This document shows, piece by piece, positions 29,613 to 39,601 of a stretch of 60,973 nt of DNA (position 1 is the first letter of the stretch; every line of letters starts with the position of its first letter). The DNA comes from Candidatus Thorarchaeota archaeon (GTDB taxonomy: Archaea; Asgardarchaeota; Thorarchaeia; Thorarchaeales; Thorarchaeaceae), in the NCBI GenBank assembly GCA_048882385.1, contig JBHLRQ010000006.1, positions 1-60,973 on the forward strand, given 5' to 3'. Made by a program: the position numbers and the translations under genes. The notes below the pieces were generated by a model. It made no database searches. It saw only the letters and a program-made list of their open reading frames with translations, and was not told where the DNA came from.

Positions 29613-30200
29613 CTAACCAACAAAGTGCTCGCTTTCTTTGGTATTATTTGCTTCACTCATCATTCTAAGAAGTTCGTGAAAAGTATCCTGAATATTTGCT
29701 CCAGTTCTAGCCGAGGTCTCTCTGAAAATTGCAGGAACTCCTAATTTCTCTATGAAATACTTGGTGAACTGTTCACCTTCTTCAGGAGTGACATACTTGC
29801 TTCTGTCCATACTCTCACGGATGTCGATTTTGTTGCCAATAATAACAGTGGGCGGGAGTGGGCCCATGTTCTTGAATGCTTCAACTAGCCATTTTGATGC
29901 GTTGTCAAAGGATTCCCGATCTACTACTGAATATACAAGAAGTATTCCATTGCATCCAGCGTAATAATGACCTCTTACTTTCTCAAAAGTTGGCTGACCA
30001 GCTAGATCCCATATTATGAACTTGACAATATCTTGTTCAAAAAGGACACGTTTTGTAGCCAGATCAACACCTATTGTGGCAAGGTGACCCTCGATGAAAT
30101 CCTCTCCGAGGTAGTTGCGGCGTATACTCGTCTTTCCGACAGCTCCATCTCCGATTAAGACCGCTTTCATAATCTTGCTGCCATCATCTTGGTCTCGCAT
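29613..30200 (-). CDS. Rab-like small GTPase (same clade as 12900 and 13549)
   Basis: GDGAVGKTSIRR.YLGE.F, WDLAGQ, NKID, ETSART. Confidence 0.93.
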   Translation of the reverse strand: MRDQDDGSKIMKAVLIGDGAVGKTSIRRNYLGEDFIEGHLATIGVDLATKRVLFEQDIVKFIIWDLAGQPTFEKVRGHYYAGCNGILLVYSVVDRESFDNASKWLVEAFKNMGPLPPTVIIGNKIDIRESMDRSKYVTPEEGEQFTKYFIEKLGVPAIFRETSARTGANIQDTFHELLRMMSEANNTKESEHFVG

Positions 30201-30612
30201 CGTATGGCTCTCCTAGCACATGGGCGTTTGGCGCAGTCAGCAACCCTCCCGTTTTTGGTGACTACTTGAGAATCAAAGCGCGACCCAAAATAAAGTTGGT
30301 GTTAGAGAAGTTACAAATGTACTGTTGAAAGTAATTAGGAATGTAAAACAGATTGGTGCAAATGGGGAGTAATAGAAGAGTGCCTTAAAATAGAGAATGA
30401 GAGAGGATAGCAATAATTTAAATTTCTAACTTGAGTAGGAAATTTAGTTACAATTAATTCAATATGTAACCTGAGTATATATATCAATATTCAAAACATG
30501 TCTAGATTTGCCTTCTTTAGTTACAAGAGTTGCATTTTGAAAAGAAAATCTAATTAATCTAGTTTTCTTGATTATACACGTATTGGGTAAATGTTCAGAG
30601 GCGTAAATTCTC

Positions 30613-30864
30613 GTGAAAGACCGTGAAAAAAGAGAAAGAAAACTCTCATTCAAGTGCTGCATCCCAAAAGAAATGTCTTCATGTACAGATGACGAACTGC
30701 GGCTGAGTATCGTCACAATGAAGAATGCAATGATGAATATCACCGTGTGTATGAATAGGATCGAACGGGAGCTCAAAAATCGGGGAGCCTCAACAAGCAT
30801 ATTCAGAAGTATACGAGAGAAGCCATTGCCTGAACTTGTTGAATTAGTCACTGTTAGTAAATGA
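30613..30864 (+). CDS. Small hypothetical coiled-coil protein
   Basis: 83-aa ORF (possible ATG at 30673) after an AT-rich promoter-like region; heptad-like helix. Confidence 0.4.
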   Translation: MKDREKRERKLSFKCCIPKEMSSCTDDELRLSIVTMKNAMMNITVCMNRIERELKNRGASTSIFRSIREKPLPELVELVTVSK

Positions 30865-30898
30865 AATTTCAGAATGTTTCATTCTGTATTAACCTGCA

Positions 30899-32125
30899 TC
30901 AATTAAACAAAGAACGAACCAGTTTTGTCTTCTTTCTAGGGCGAACTAGACCCACATCAATTTGCTCACACGAATGAAATCTAGCAAAGTCTATCACACC
31001 ATCCTTCAAGCGTTCAAGACCATCTGGAGATTGCAGCGATTTGCTTTCGAAGAATAATGATTTGATTTCCAGTACTCTTTCATTTCTGTGGACCTTTGCA
31101 TCCAATCTTCCAGCTAAATCTGTTCCTTCCAGGATAGGAAGAACAAAGTATCCATAGACACGTTTTGCAGCAGGAACATAGCATTCTATCTTGTATTCGA
31201 AATTCCAGAGCTGTTCTGGATAATGTCGCTCACGAATGACATTATCGAATGGACTTAGGATCTTAACTGGAGTGTCATCATATCCCGAGGCCATTTTCAT
31301 TAGCCTGTCAACATTCTCCTGAAGAATATAGAAGCGTTCTCTTATACTCTCAATGGCTACTTCTTGAAGTACCCCCTCTTTCATCTTCTCATCTAAGTGA
31401 GCTTCAACTTCAACCTTTTTTCCATTCCAGAGTTTCCTTGCAGGAAGTCTTCCAAGATAAGTCCGAAAATCCATATGACTTCCAAGACCCAAGGAATTCA
31501 ATGTTGTTTCAACTAGAAAATCAGCAGCTTCCTCATTTGAAAGGGGCTCTGTGTCAATTCCTGCTGGAACGACTCGTTCAGCTAAGTCATAGTGTTTTTG
31601 GAATCCCGATCTGTAAGCAACCATCAGTCTTCCAGTGGTGTAGAGATACTCCAATGCTCGTTTCTCTATCTTCCAATCCCACCACCCATCTGATTTGGTC
31701 GTTCGTTCTCCCACAGAGGCGCTGTTCGTTGCTCCTTCCTTCTTCACCTTGTTGTATACATCTTCGATGATGTCCTTGTTTTCGGCACCCCATTTCCTGA
31801 ATGAAGCCCAGAGCTCTTCTGGATAGAAAGACCGTCTCCAGACATAGAAGGGGTATGTTTCGATGGGCATAAGGCAGGCTGCATGAGACCAGTACTCGAA
31901 GAGTTTTCCTTCCCTCTGGAGGTTCCAGACATCACCCTCTCGATAATCGGAGAAACGATTGAACGCGATAAGGTTGTGGCTACGAGATACCACTGAAATT
32001 GTGTCAATCTGAATGTTATGAATACGGTGTGCAACATCCATCACTGATTTGCATGGATTCCTTGTTCTGAGTCCTTGTGTATCTAGGATGTAACTTTTCG
32101 CCATATCAAGAGTGACCTCAAGCAT
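30899..32125 (-). CDS. ycaQ: YcaQ/AlkZ-family (HTH_42) interstrand-crosslink DNA glycosylase, YcaQ-like QxD type
   Basis: IQIDTISVVSRSH, LFEYWSHAAC, LSPFDN, EYKIECYVP..KR.YGYFVLPIL, GRLDAK. Confidence 0.9.
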   Translation of the reverse strand: MLEVTLDMAKSYILDTQGLRTRNPCKSVMDVAHRIHNIQIDTISVVSRSHNLIAFNRFSDYREGDVWNLQREGKLFEYWSHAACLMPIETYPFYVWRRSFYPEELWASFRKWGAENKDIIEDVYNKVKKEGATNSASVGERTTKSDGWWDWKIEKRALEYLYTTGRLMVAYRSGFQKHYDLAERVVPAGIDTEPLSNEEAADFLVETTLNSLGLGSHMDFRTYLGRLPARKLWNGKKVEVEAHLDEKMKEGVLQEVAIESIRERFYILQENVDRLMKMASGYDDTPVKILSPFDNVIRERHYPEQLWNFEYKIECYVPAAKRVYGYFVLPILEGTDLAGRLDAKVHRNERVLEIKSLFFESKSLQSPDGLERLKDGVIDFARFHSCEQIDVGLVRPRKKTKLVRSLFN

Positions 32126-32199
32126 AGTGCTCTCACCAACCACCTATCTTAAGGTCATTTCTCTCGATGACATTGAGTTAGCTCGCTAATGTTCTAAGA

Positions 32200-34926
32200 C
32201 TACTTTGTCGGTGCCCTACGCTGGAATATCAACAATAACACAAGTACAGCAATTACTCCAACAAGAGCTATAATGATAAAGATCGAACCATCGGGTGGTA
32301 TAGGACTTGTCGTTGGAATAGTCAATGATTCAAGAACAGCTACCCTGATCGTTGCTGAGAGACTGTTCCCTTCATTGTCGGTCACTGTGACAGTGAGGTG
32401 ATACCCACCAACTGCAAGAATGGTATTGTTTGTCAACAAACCGTCTATGATGTTGAAATTGGTCGTGTCACTTATTGTCCAACTAGCTATTCCAGACAAA
32501 TCAGTGGCCATTAATTGATAGCTCAGTTCCTCTCCAAACACTAGGACTTTGTCTGCTGGTGCTGGATTCCATGTAGGTGCTGTAGTGTCAACAACTCCAA
32601 AACTCCCAGAAACTGTCGTAGCTATGCCTGAGTTGGGTTCCATATACACAGTATAAGGTATTGTTCCAACAGAATCAGGTGTCCACGTGTACGAGAAGGA
32701 ATCATCAGATCTCGTCATCGTGTGATTCATACCATCATATTCGATCAGTACTTGATCAATTCCAGAAATGTGTGTAACATTGATTGAAACAGCCAAAGAT
32801 TCACCTAATTCAATAGGACTTTCGGTTTCAACAAGATCAGACCAAGCCGGCAAACTTTCCAACACCTCATACTTGAAACTAGCACTTGTCCATGGACTCC
32901 AAATCCCCAGACTATCAAGTGTTCTAATTCGCCAATAGTAGATTGTTGCATTTTCCAAAGGTGAGCCAGCATACTCAACGATGGTCGACTGATAAAGAAA
33001 CTCCAAAAACATGTTGTACGTTGCAGTATCATTTCCATTAAAGATGGCAGAACTAAATGCTCGATATCCGCCTCCATCGTTTGTAAACATAGCTCTTTGA
33101 TTTCCACTGACAAGACTATCGAATCTCAATTCGACCAATAGGTTGTGCGTATTTGTATAGAAGAAAACATCATCTACGTCAATCACCAGCACTCCTCCAA
33201 TATCTCGTACAACATATTCGTCAGCTGTCAGAACCAAGGTCGGAGTTACCCCTGCGTAATTGCTATCCATATCTGTATGACTAAGTGCTCCATCATGTGG
33301 AGTTTCAACAAGATATACTGAGAAATTCTCATACGTGACATCTCCGGTTAAACCTGCGTGAAAGAGAACTCTATCGATAATTCCCTCGTCATCAATCAAG
33401 CTTTGATTGTATTTGAATTGAAATCTTCCTGAAGATCCTAAACTTAATCCAAATGGAATAAGATTAGTAGAAACACCTTCTGAATAAACATCGTTGCTCA
33501 CAAGTTCAAGTCGTAGTCCATGTGTTCGGGCATCAGTACCATCGGCTGTTGATTCATAATATGCTTCTCCATTTGGAGCTAGATCGGCACTACCTGCAAT
33601 TGAACCGCCACTAACTGTGTAGTTACAATTTACTATGGTTCCTGATGCACCTGTGTGACGGAATTCAATAATCAGGTCCAAGCTTGGCGATATAACAAAA
33701 GTATTCTCGATATCGATTGTCATGAATCCATCTTTTGTAATTCCAGTGAATTCCGTTCGATTCAACACCTGTATTGGTGTTCCCCCATCGTAATTAGCCT
33801 CGAAATCAGTTGTTAAAGCACCTGAATCTTCTACACTAATCATATAGATTGCCAGGTCGCTGTATGTTGTTGTTCCACTTAATGTGTCCATTTCGAAAAT
33901 TAGCTTATCAACAGTTCCAGATTTAGGAATCATTGAGGAAGGCCACTTGTATTGAAAACGCAGTCCATAGGGGGCGTTGAATGCATCACCTGGAGGTACT
34001 AATCCCCCTCCGGTGTCATGTACGACTGCAATCTCACTGTTATTTCTCTGCATAAGTAGTGTATCATCAAATGCTGCGTTATTCCATACTTCAAGTTCGA
34101 AATTCTTTTGAAAATCGTCTATGTCAACATCATTAAATGACCAACTGAATTCAGGATTTGGGTTATTGATATAGTCAATCTCTGGTGATTCCGAGAAACC
34201 ATCGACTAAAAGATCTGTAGTTGTCGGAACTGCATATTCAATCGAAATATGAGGCATCACATTAAAGCCTGAATCACCGAGAGTGATTGCATATTCTTTG
34301 GATGAAAAGGCGAGACTCGTAGTATCGGTTGTACTCTCATCCTCAAATGCTAGAACTAATGAAAGGATTCCATCTTGTTTAACAGATTGAACAACCTCTT
34401 CAGTTATCTCCCATTCATACCAAAACCCAACATCAAACATGTCTGGACTCGGTGGGGAATCAATAACATCTGCAGGAATTGGACTGTACTCAGGTTGATT
34501 ATTCCAGGTAATGGATCCCTGGGTCCATGTGTCATTTTCAGACTTGAAAATCCCTCTAGGAAAGTCTGCAGAACCAGCACCCGATACAGTAAACAGATTC
34601 ACAGTTGCTTTTGTAAATTGAAGATTGATCGGTATATGAGTGAGGTCGAATTTCAACCATGATCGAGTTATATCTCCACTCGCGTTGCTGCAATCAAGCA
34701 GATACGATAATTCGTAATTAGTATCTGGAGTACTCTCTGAAACTGGAGCATCATCACCTACTCTGATTACAGTAACTTCGTAACCAGGTGTAGCGGCAAG
34801 AGTTTGTGTTCCATCAATATGCCCAATAGTTAAGGAGTCTGATGCAATAATTGGCATTGTCTGTAGCACAGGTACGACCATACTGATTGTCAGTACGAGA
34901 ATCAATAATGAGGTGGTCTTTTTCAT
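32200..34926 (-). CDS. Large cell-surface protein: signal peptide, DNRLRE-like domain, Fn3-like domain split by a tandem duplicated domain, Ig-like domains, C-terminal TM
   Basis: RSWLKFDL and WTQGSITWNNQP (DNRLRE-like); PEFSW...YYWRIRT...WSPW; DTTAP; PTTSP linker, TM and basic tail. Confidence 0.8.
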   Translation of the reverse strand: MKKTTSLLILVLTISMVVPVLQTMPIIASDSLTIGHIDGTQTLAATPGYEVTVIRVGDDAPVSESTPDTNYELSYLLDCSNASGDITRSWLKFDLTHIPINLQFTKATVNLFTVSGAGSADFPRGIFKSENDTWTQGSITWNNQPEYSPIPADVIDSPPSPDMFDVGFWYEWEITEEVVQSVKQDGILSLVLAFEDESTTDTTSLAFSSKEYAITLGDSGFNVMPHISIEYAVPTTTDLLVDGFSESPEIDYINNPNPEFSWSFNDVDIDDFQKNFELEVWNNAAFDDTLLMQRNNSEIAVVHDTGGGLVPPGDAFNAPYGLRFQYKWPSSMIPKSGTVDKLIFEMDTLSGTTTYSDLAIYMISVEDSGALTTDFEANYDGGTPIQVLNRTEFTGITKDGFMTIDIENTFVISPSLDLIIEFRHTGASGTIVNCNYTVSGGSIAGSADLAPNGEAYYESTADGTDARTHGLRLELVSNDVYSEGVSTNLIPFGLSLGSSGRFQFKYNQSLIDDEGIIDRVLFHAGLTGDVTYENFSVYLVETPHDGALSHTDMDSNYAGVTPTLVLTADEYVVRDIGGVLVIDVDDVFFYTNTHNLLVELRFDSLVSGNQRAMFTNDGGGYRAFSSAIFNGNDTATYNMFLEFLYQSTIVEYAGSPLENATIYYWRIRTLDSLGIWSPWTSASFKYEVLESLPAWSDLVETESPIELGESLAVSINVTHISGIDQVLIEYDGMNHTMTRSDDSFSYTWTPDSVGTIPYTVYMEPNSGIATTVSGSFGVVDTTAPTWNPAPADKVLVFGEELSYQLMATDLSGIASWTISDTTNFNIIDGLLTNNTILAVGGYHLTVTVTDNEGNSLSATIRVAVLESLTIPTTSPIPPDGSIFIIIALVGVIAVLVLLLIFQRRAPTK

Positions 34927-35233
34927 GTTCAGTTCACTCCGACGGATTCACTCAAGTACATCCATGAACTGAGCGTGCTTGGGTGATTCTCTTAAACTCC
35001 ATCCTAATATCTTTGGCAATATCAGGACTATATCATTGTTATGAAACTTTAGTTAATTAGAAGTTCTTTTTCATGAATCAGATAAAGACAAATCCCTTGT
35101 CGTACTCCTTACTGGAATAATAATTGGCCACTCGGGCAACACGAGAGGTATCCCCTCCCTCCCCAGCTGGTGAGAGTGTAGATATTATAAACAAGCTATC
35201 AAATTGTAATATCAATAATGTGGGGAAATGATA

Positions 35234-36136
35234 ATGGTGATTATTGATGCTCATTGCCATATATGGGAAAAGAAACACCTAGGGTCAGTGTTTATCAAGG
35301 ACTTTCAAGGACTCGCTAAAAAGTGGGGTTGGGATCTAAAACTGCTGATTGATGGGACGCCGGACCGCTTAATTTCCGAGATGGATGAGGCAGGGATCGA
35401 TCAAGCGGTAGTCTTAGCGTTAGATGCTGAATTTATGACTACGGACGGGGCGACAGCGAAGGAGTACAACGAATACGTCGCCCAACAGTTCCGAGCGCAT
35501 CCCGATCGGTTGATTGGGTTCTGTGGGATTGATCCTCGGAGAGGAAAGGGAGCCATCCGCGAGTTGGAGCGCTGTGTCGGGGATCACGGGTTCCGCGGAG
35601 TGAAACTGTGGCCTCTCACCGGGTTCTATCCCGATGATCCTGCATTTTATTCATTTTATGAACAGGTGGAGGAAATGGGCGTCCCGATCCTGTGCCATAC
35701 GGGCAGGGGCTCGTCATCCACGTACTTGAAGTATAATCGCCCGGCATATATCGACACCATCGCAGTGGATTTTCCTCACATTCCCATCATCATGGCGCAC
35801 ATTGGGATCCCATGGACGCAGGAAGCCTTCACAGTGGCCGGGAAAAATCCCAATGTCTATATCGATCTTTCTTCGGTTCAACCTCTGTTCAAACAAGCTC
35901 CTGTGGTGTTTTTCCAAACCCTTAGCGAGGCGAAAATGACGTGCGGGGTGGAAAAGATTCTGTTTGGGAGCGACTGGCCGATCTTTACGCCGTTCTGTCC
36001 CCAACCCGAGTGGGTAGAGGCCATCAAAACCATGGCCCTACCACCGCCCCTTCAAGCAATGGGGGTTCCGGAGTTTACGGAGGCTGAGAAACGTCTGATT
36101 CTCGGAGGCAACGCCAAAAAAGCCTTGGGGATATAG
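35234..36136 (+). CDS. Amidohydrolase_2-family metal-dependent hydrolase/decarboxylase
   Basis: IDAHCH, GFRGVKL, HTG, IMAHIG, KILFGSDWP, ILGGNA. Confidence 0.9.
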   Translation: MVIIDAHCHIWEKKHLGSVFIKDFQGLAKKWGWDLKLLIDGTPDRLISEMDEAGIDQAVVLALDAEFMTTDGATAKEYNEYVAQQFRAHPDRLIGFCGIDPRRGKGAIRELERCVGDHGFRGVKLWPLTGFYPDDPAFYSFYEQVEEMGVPILCHTGRGSSSTYLKYNRPAYIDTIAVDFPHIPIIMAHIGIPWTQEAFTVAGKNPNVYIDLSSVQPLFKQAPVVFFQTLSEAKMTCGVEKILFGSDWPIFTPFCPQPEWVEAIKTMALPPPLQAMGVPEFTEAEKRLILGGNAKKALGI

Positions 36137-36164
36137 AGCGGGGCACTCAAAGAAAACGAGAAAA

Positions 36165-37286
36165 TCAGATGAAGGTAAATCCTCGGTCATACTCCTCCTT
36201 CAACCGCATCACCATCTTCACCTTCATGTCGTGAGAGAGTGCAAGTGAGAATGAATAGGCTTTCTCAAGACTCTCAAGGATTTCAAGGAGTTTCATGGAT
36301 TGATCAGTTTTCCTTAGCTTCCGAGTTTCAGTAGCAAACTCAGAAAGTCGATTCTTCATACTGTGGATATACATTGCTGTGCGATCGAAATACCCAAGCA
36401 TCAGGTCAGAGAACAGGAGTCCAGGTCGGTAGTACTTGACTCTTGAACCTTCTTTCTTCGTGAACTTGACCACACCCCGGTTCTTGATCAGTGATAAGAC
36501 TTCAGAGATAGTGCTCCTGGGAAGTTGTGTCAAATTTTCGATCCGTTCTTGTGTTGCGGTTCCCTCAAGAATCACTGCGTGTGCAATCATGTATTGGTTC
36601 GCTAGTACTTGTGAATAGAGAGGATTGAAGTTTGATTTTACTCCTGTGAGATACTCGCGCTTCAGGTCGCTTAAAGAGGACTCTTTAGTGATTGGAGGAC
36701 ACACGTATCCGTAGGAAGCTTCCTTCAATTTCATCAAGAAGTCTGATAGAGGCTTCCGCTTCAAAGATTCCAGTTTGAAGAGCTTCTTTGCATCAAGCCT
36801 TCCATCTTTCATTGCTTGTTCGAACACTATGGCATTGTCACTCCGAATCTCATGAGTGAGGTTGAGGTAGAGGAGGAGATTGTTCAGATAGTCGATGAAT
36901 CGTTTCAGTGAAGGTTCTTTCTTCACTTCCACCATAGCCTTCTCCAAGATTGGGATGATGAACCCTGTATCCAAGTCTTGGACTTCTGTTCGTTTCTGTG
37001 TCAGATCTAGAGCGAATCGATTGGGTGCATCGTATTCATAGAAGTGCTTCCTTTCACCGACCTTCTTTATTGTACGAACTGGGAAGAGGAGCTGGATCTT
37101 CTGAATTGCAAGTGAAATAGTAGCCTGAGAGAACCCAGTCAGCTCCATGATTCGCTCCTGACTGACTGCTTCTGGTTCGACCATGATTGAGAGAAGACAA
37201 CCGTAAACATTCCGAGGATAGGGATCTCCACCATGGACTTCCTCCATCCAGCTGATGAATGCACGCTTGATCTTCTCGAGGCTCAT
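36165..37286 (-). CDS. GbsR/MarR-like regulator with two tandem winged-helix units
   Basis: SQERIMELTGFSQATIS...GERKHFY and TQERIENLTQLPRSTIS...GSRVKYY; ATG 37286 avoids overlap. Confidence 0.75.
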   Translation of the reverse strand: MSLEKIKRAFISWMEEVHGGDPYPRNVYGCLLSIMVEPEAVSQERIMELTGFSQATISLAIQKIQLLFPVRTIKKVGERKHFYEYDAPNRFALDLTQKRTEVQDLDTGFIIPILEKAMVEVKKEPSLKRFIDYLNNLLLYLNLTHEIRSDNAIVFEQAMKDGRLDAKKLFKLESLKRKPLSDFLMKLKEASYGYVCPPITKESSLSDLKREYLTGVKSNFNPLYSQVLANQYMIAHAVILEGTATQERIENLTQLPRSTISEVLSLIKNRGVVKFTKKEGSRVKYYRPGLLFSDLMLGYFDRTAMYIHSMKNRLSEFATETRKLRKTDQSMKLLEILESLEKAYSFSLALSHDMKVKMVMRLKEEYDRGFTFI

Positions 37287-37361
37287 ACTAATCACCGTGT
37301 CTGTCGAATGCTTATTTCGCAAATATTTAAAAGTTACGAATTATGTATGAACTTGAGAAAT

Positions 37362-38759
37362 ATGACAATTTCAAAAGACAATAAACCATACAGAAAAGAA
37401 GTTACCAGACAGGAGCGTCGGTTCCTGTTTTCACCGACATCAGACATATCGCTTGTACTCAGACTACGAGGTCAAGTGTCCGAGGAGGACCTAGGACGGG
37501 CCGTAGACAAGGTCCTCGTATCTTATCCTTTGTTTGGAGTCAGGTTAGAATGGGTAGACCATGACGTGCACTGGTCAACTACAGAGGGAGCCGCAGAAGT
37601 CCCTGTCAAAGTGTATCCAAGAGAATCGGATACCACTTGGATTGAAGTCCTTAACAAAGAGCATGCGATTCCCCTACGACCATCCAAGGGACCATTGACG
37701 AAATTTGTCCTTGTCAAAGGAAATGATGTATCTGAGCTGATGATCTACTGTCATCACTCAATCAGCGATGGTCGGTCTATGGAGTTCGCACTGCGTGAAG
37801 TTCTACTTCATCTTGCAGATCCCAACCGAGAACCACCAAGATTGCCAGAAGCACCTCCGATGACACCAGAAATATTCCCGAAGGGTGCTGCTGTAGGCAA
37901 GGTCAGAGCTTCCCTGATAGGTCGTTTCAACAAGAACTGGGAGAAAGAGAGAGTGCTCTTCGATGAAGAGGATTTGATCAACCTCTGGGAGGCAGTCTGG
38001 AAAAACACCGAGTATGGCTTGGAGATAATTGAATTTAGTCAGGAGGAAACGCAACAACTCATTGAAGTTTCCCGAAGTGAGGGAGTGACTCTGAATTCCA
38101 CACTCCTCGTCACATTCGTAAAAGCTAGACATGATGCGATAGGTCGGGATTCTGACAAGATGTCAGTGGCAACAACCGTGGATGCTCGAAAGAGACTGAC
38201 AGTTGATTGTAGCGAGGCTGTAGGATTCTATGCTGGAGGATCTTTCCTTGATTTCAACTACAGAGAAAAGAAATCACTCTGGGACAATGTTCGTGCATAT
38301 CACAAAGATGTGGAAAAGCAATTACAGGGACCTAAGATCTTCAGTGTTGGTGCAGACCATTTTGTACTAGACCAGACCTTGGTTGATGCAATCGTAGTAG
38401 CATTGGCTGGAGATCAAGTTGAACCACACCAAAGTCGGTACGACAAGATCTCTGAATTTGCTGGTAAAACGGACGGATTAACTGTTTCATTCGGAGAAAG
38501 GATGATGAGCAATTCACCACAGCTCATGAGTACGAATCTTGGAAAGTTGGACATCCCAGACGAAATTCCAGGAATCCAAATCGAGAGAGCATTTTTCGCT
38601 CCAGCGTCCGCTCTGGGAATGGAGATTGTACTTGGTGTTGCTACTGTGAATGGCAAGTTGACGATCACTTTGAACTACTATGAAGGATATGTCGATGGTG
38701 GCAACATCAAGAAAGTTCGAAACAAGGCGGAGGAGATTCTCAGAGGTCTTATCGAGTAA
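37362..38759 (+). CDS. Stand-alone condensation-domain / CoA-dependent acyltransferase (PapA5/AATase-like)
   Basis: Catalytic HHSISDG; VTLNS.L, VDAR.RL, STNLG, T.NGKLTITL; start 37362 or 37347. Confidence 0.83.
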   Translation: MTISKDNKPYRKEVTRQERRFLFSPTSDISLVLRLRGQVSEEDLGRAVDKVLVSYPLFGVRLEWVDHDVHWSTTEGAAEVPVKVYPRESDTTWIEVLNKEHAIPLRPSKGPLTKFVLVKGNDVSELMIYCHHSISDGRSMEFALREVLLHLADPNREPPRLPEAPPMTPEIFPKGAAVGKVRASLIGRFNKNWEKERVLFDEEDLINLWEAVWKNTEYGLEIIEFSQEETQQLIEVSRSEGVTLNSTLLVTFVKARHDAIGRDSDKMSVATTVDARKRLTVDCSEAVGFYAGGSFLDFNYREKKSLWDNVRAYHKDVEKQLQGPKIFSVGADHFVLDQTLVDAIVVALAGDQVEPHQSRYDKISEFAGKTDGLTVSFGERMMSNSPQLMSTNLGKLDIPDEIPGIQIERAFFAPASALGMEIVLGVATVNGKLTITLNYYEGYVDGGNIKKVRNKAEEILRGLIE

Positions 38760-38818
38760 CGTGACCACAAGGCCTTAAGGCAACTCAGACATACCGGAGA
38801 AATCCGGAGTCATACCAA

Positions 38819-39601
38819 ATGAATTGGCAGAGCGAGGCTGAATCCAATACTCAAGAATTAATCAAGTACTTTCAAGATCTTCTTGAAGAGGAAAGTGAGA
38901 GAGGAGATATTGGAATCACAAGCTTTCACTCTGTCTTTGATGATTTGATGGAGGTTCAGAAAAAGAAGCTGCGACAAACTGCAGGAAACCGATTCGACTC
39001 TCTGTACGAATCAGGTTCAATTATCTGCATAGGAGTTGCCTACAAGGATCCTGCTATAGATTGGATTGATGAAAGAGAGGATGGAATCCCTGACTATAAT
39101 CTATGGAATGATTATGCAAAAGAATACCATAGAATCAACCAGGTTCTAAACCGAATGGCTGTTTCAATTGCCACTCGGTTTGAAGGCATTCCTTTGAAAG
39201 CGACTATTGGTGGAGAAATTGGGAATATTGATCATGTGCACGAGTACTTCCCAATGGTCGTGTCTCACAGAGCTATAGCAGAGAAAGCTGGACTTGGATG
39301 GCGGGGTAAGAACCAACTAGTAATTCATGAGAAGTTTAGTTGTGCTATTAGGTTCTCTTCTGTTTTGGTGGATCTACCCTTGGTCCACAGACAGAGTATG
39401 GAATCAAAGTGTGGAGATTGCAAAGCTTGTGAGGATGCATGTGGATACATCAGACATCGGGATAAGCTACCAGATTATCGAGAGAATTGTAGAAGGTATA
39501 TCTTATTTCTCAAGTCGCAGGGAATTGAGAAGGATATCTGTGGTAAGTGCATCAAAGCATGTTATCGGAAAAGTATCTTCAGTAGTCAATTTACTCTTTA
39601 G
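38819..39601 (+). CDS. QueG/reductive-dehalogenase-like iron-sulfur protein
   Basis: SHRAIAEKAGLGWRGKNQLVIH..F...IRF, CGDCKACEDAC, CGKCIKAC. Confidence 0.8.
   Translation: MNWQSEAESNTQELIKYFQDLLEEESERGDIGITSFHSVFDDLMEVQKKKLRQTAGNRFDSLYESGSIICIGVAYKDPAIDWIDEREDGIPDYNLWNDYAKEYHRINQVLNRMAVSIATRFEGIPLKATIGGEIGNIDHVHEYFPMVVSHRAIAEKAGLGWRGKNQLVIHEKFSCAIRFSSVLVDLPLVHRQSMESKCGDCKACEDACGYIRHRDKLPDYRENCRRYILFLKSQGIEKDICGKCIKACYRKSIFSSQFTL

Noticed and set aside
37362-38759. NRPS biosynthetic cluster
   Set aside because: No adenylation, carrier or thioesterase domains in the window.
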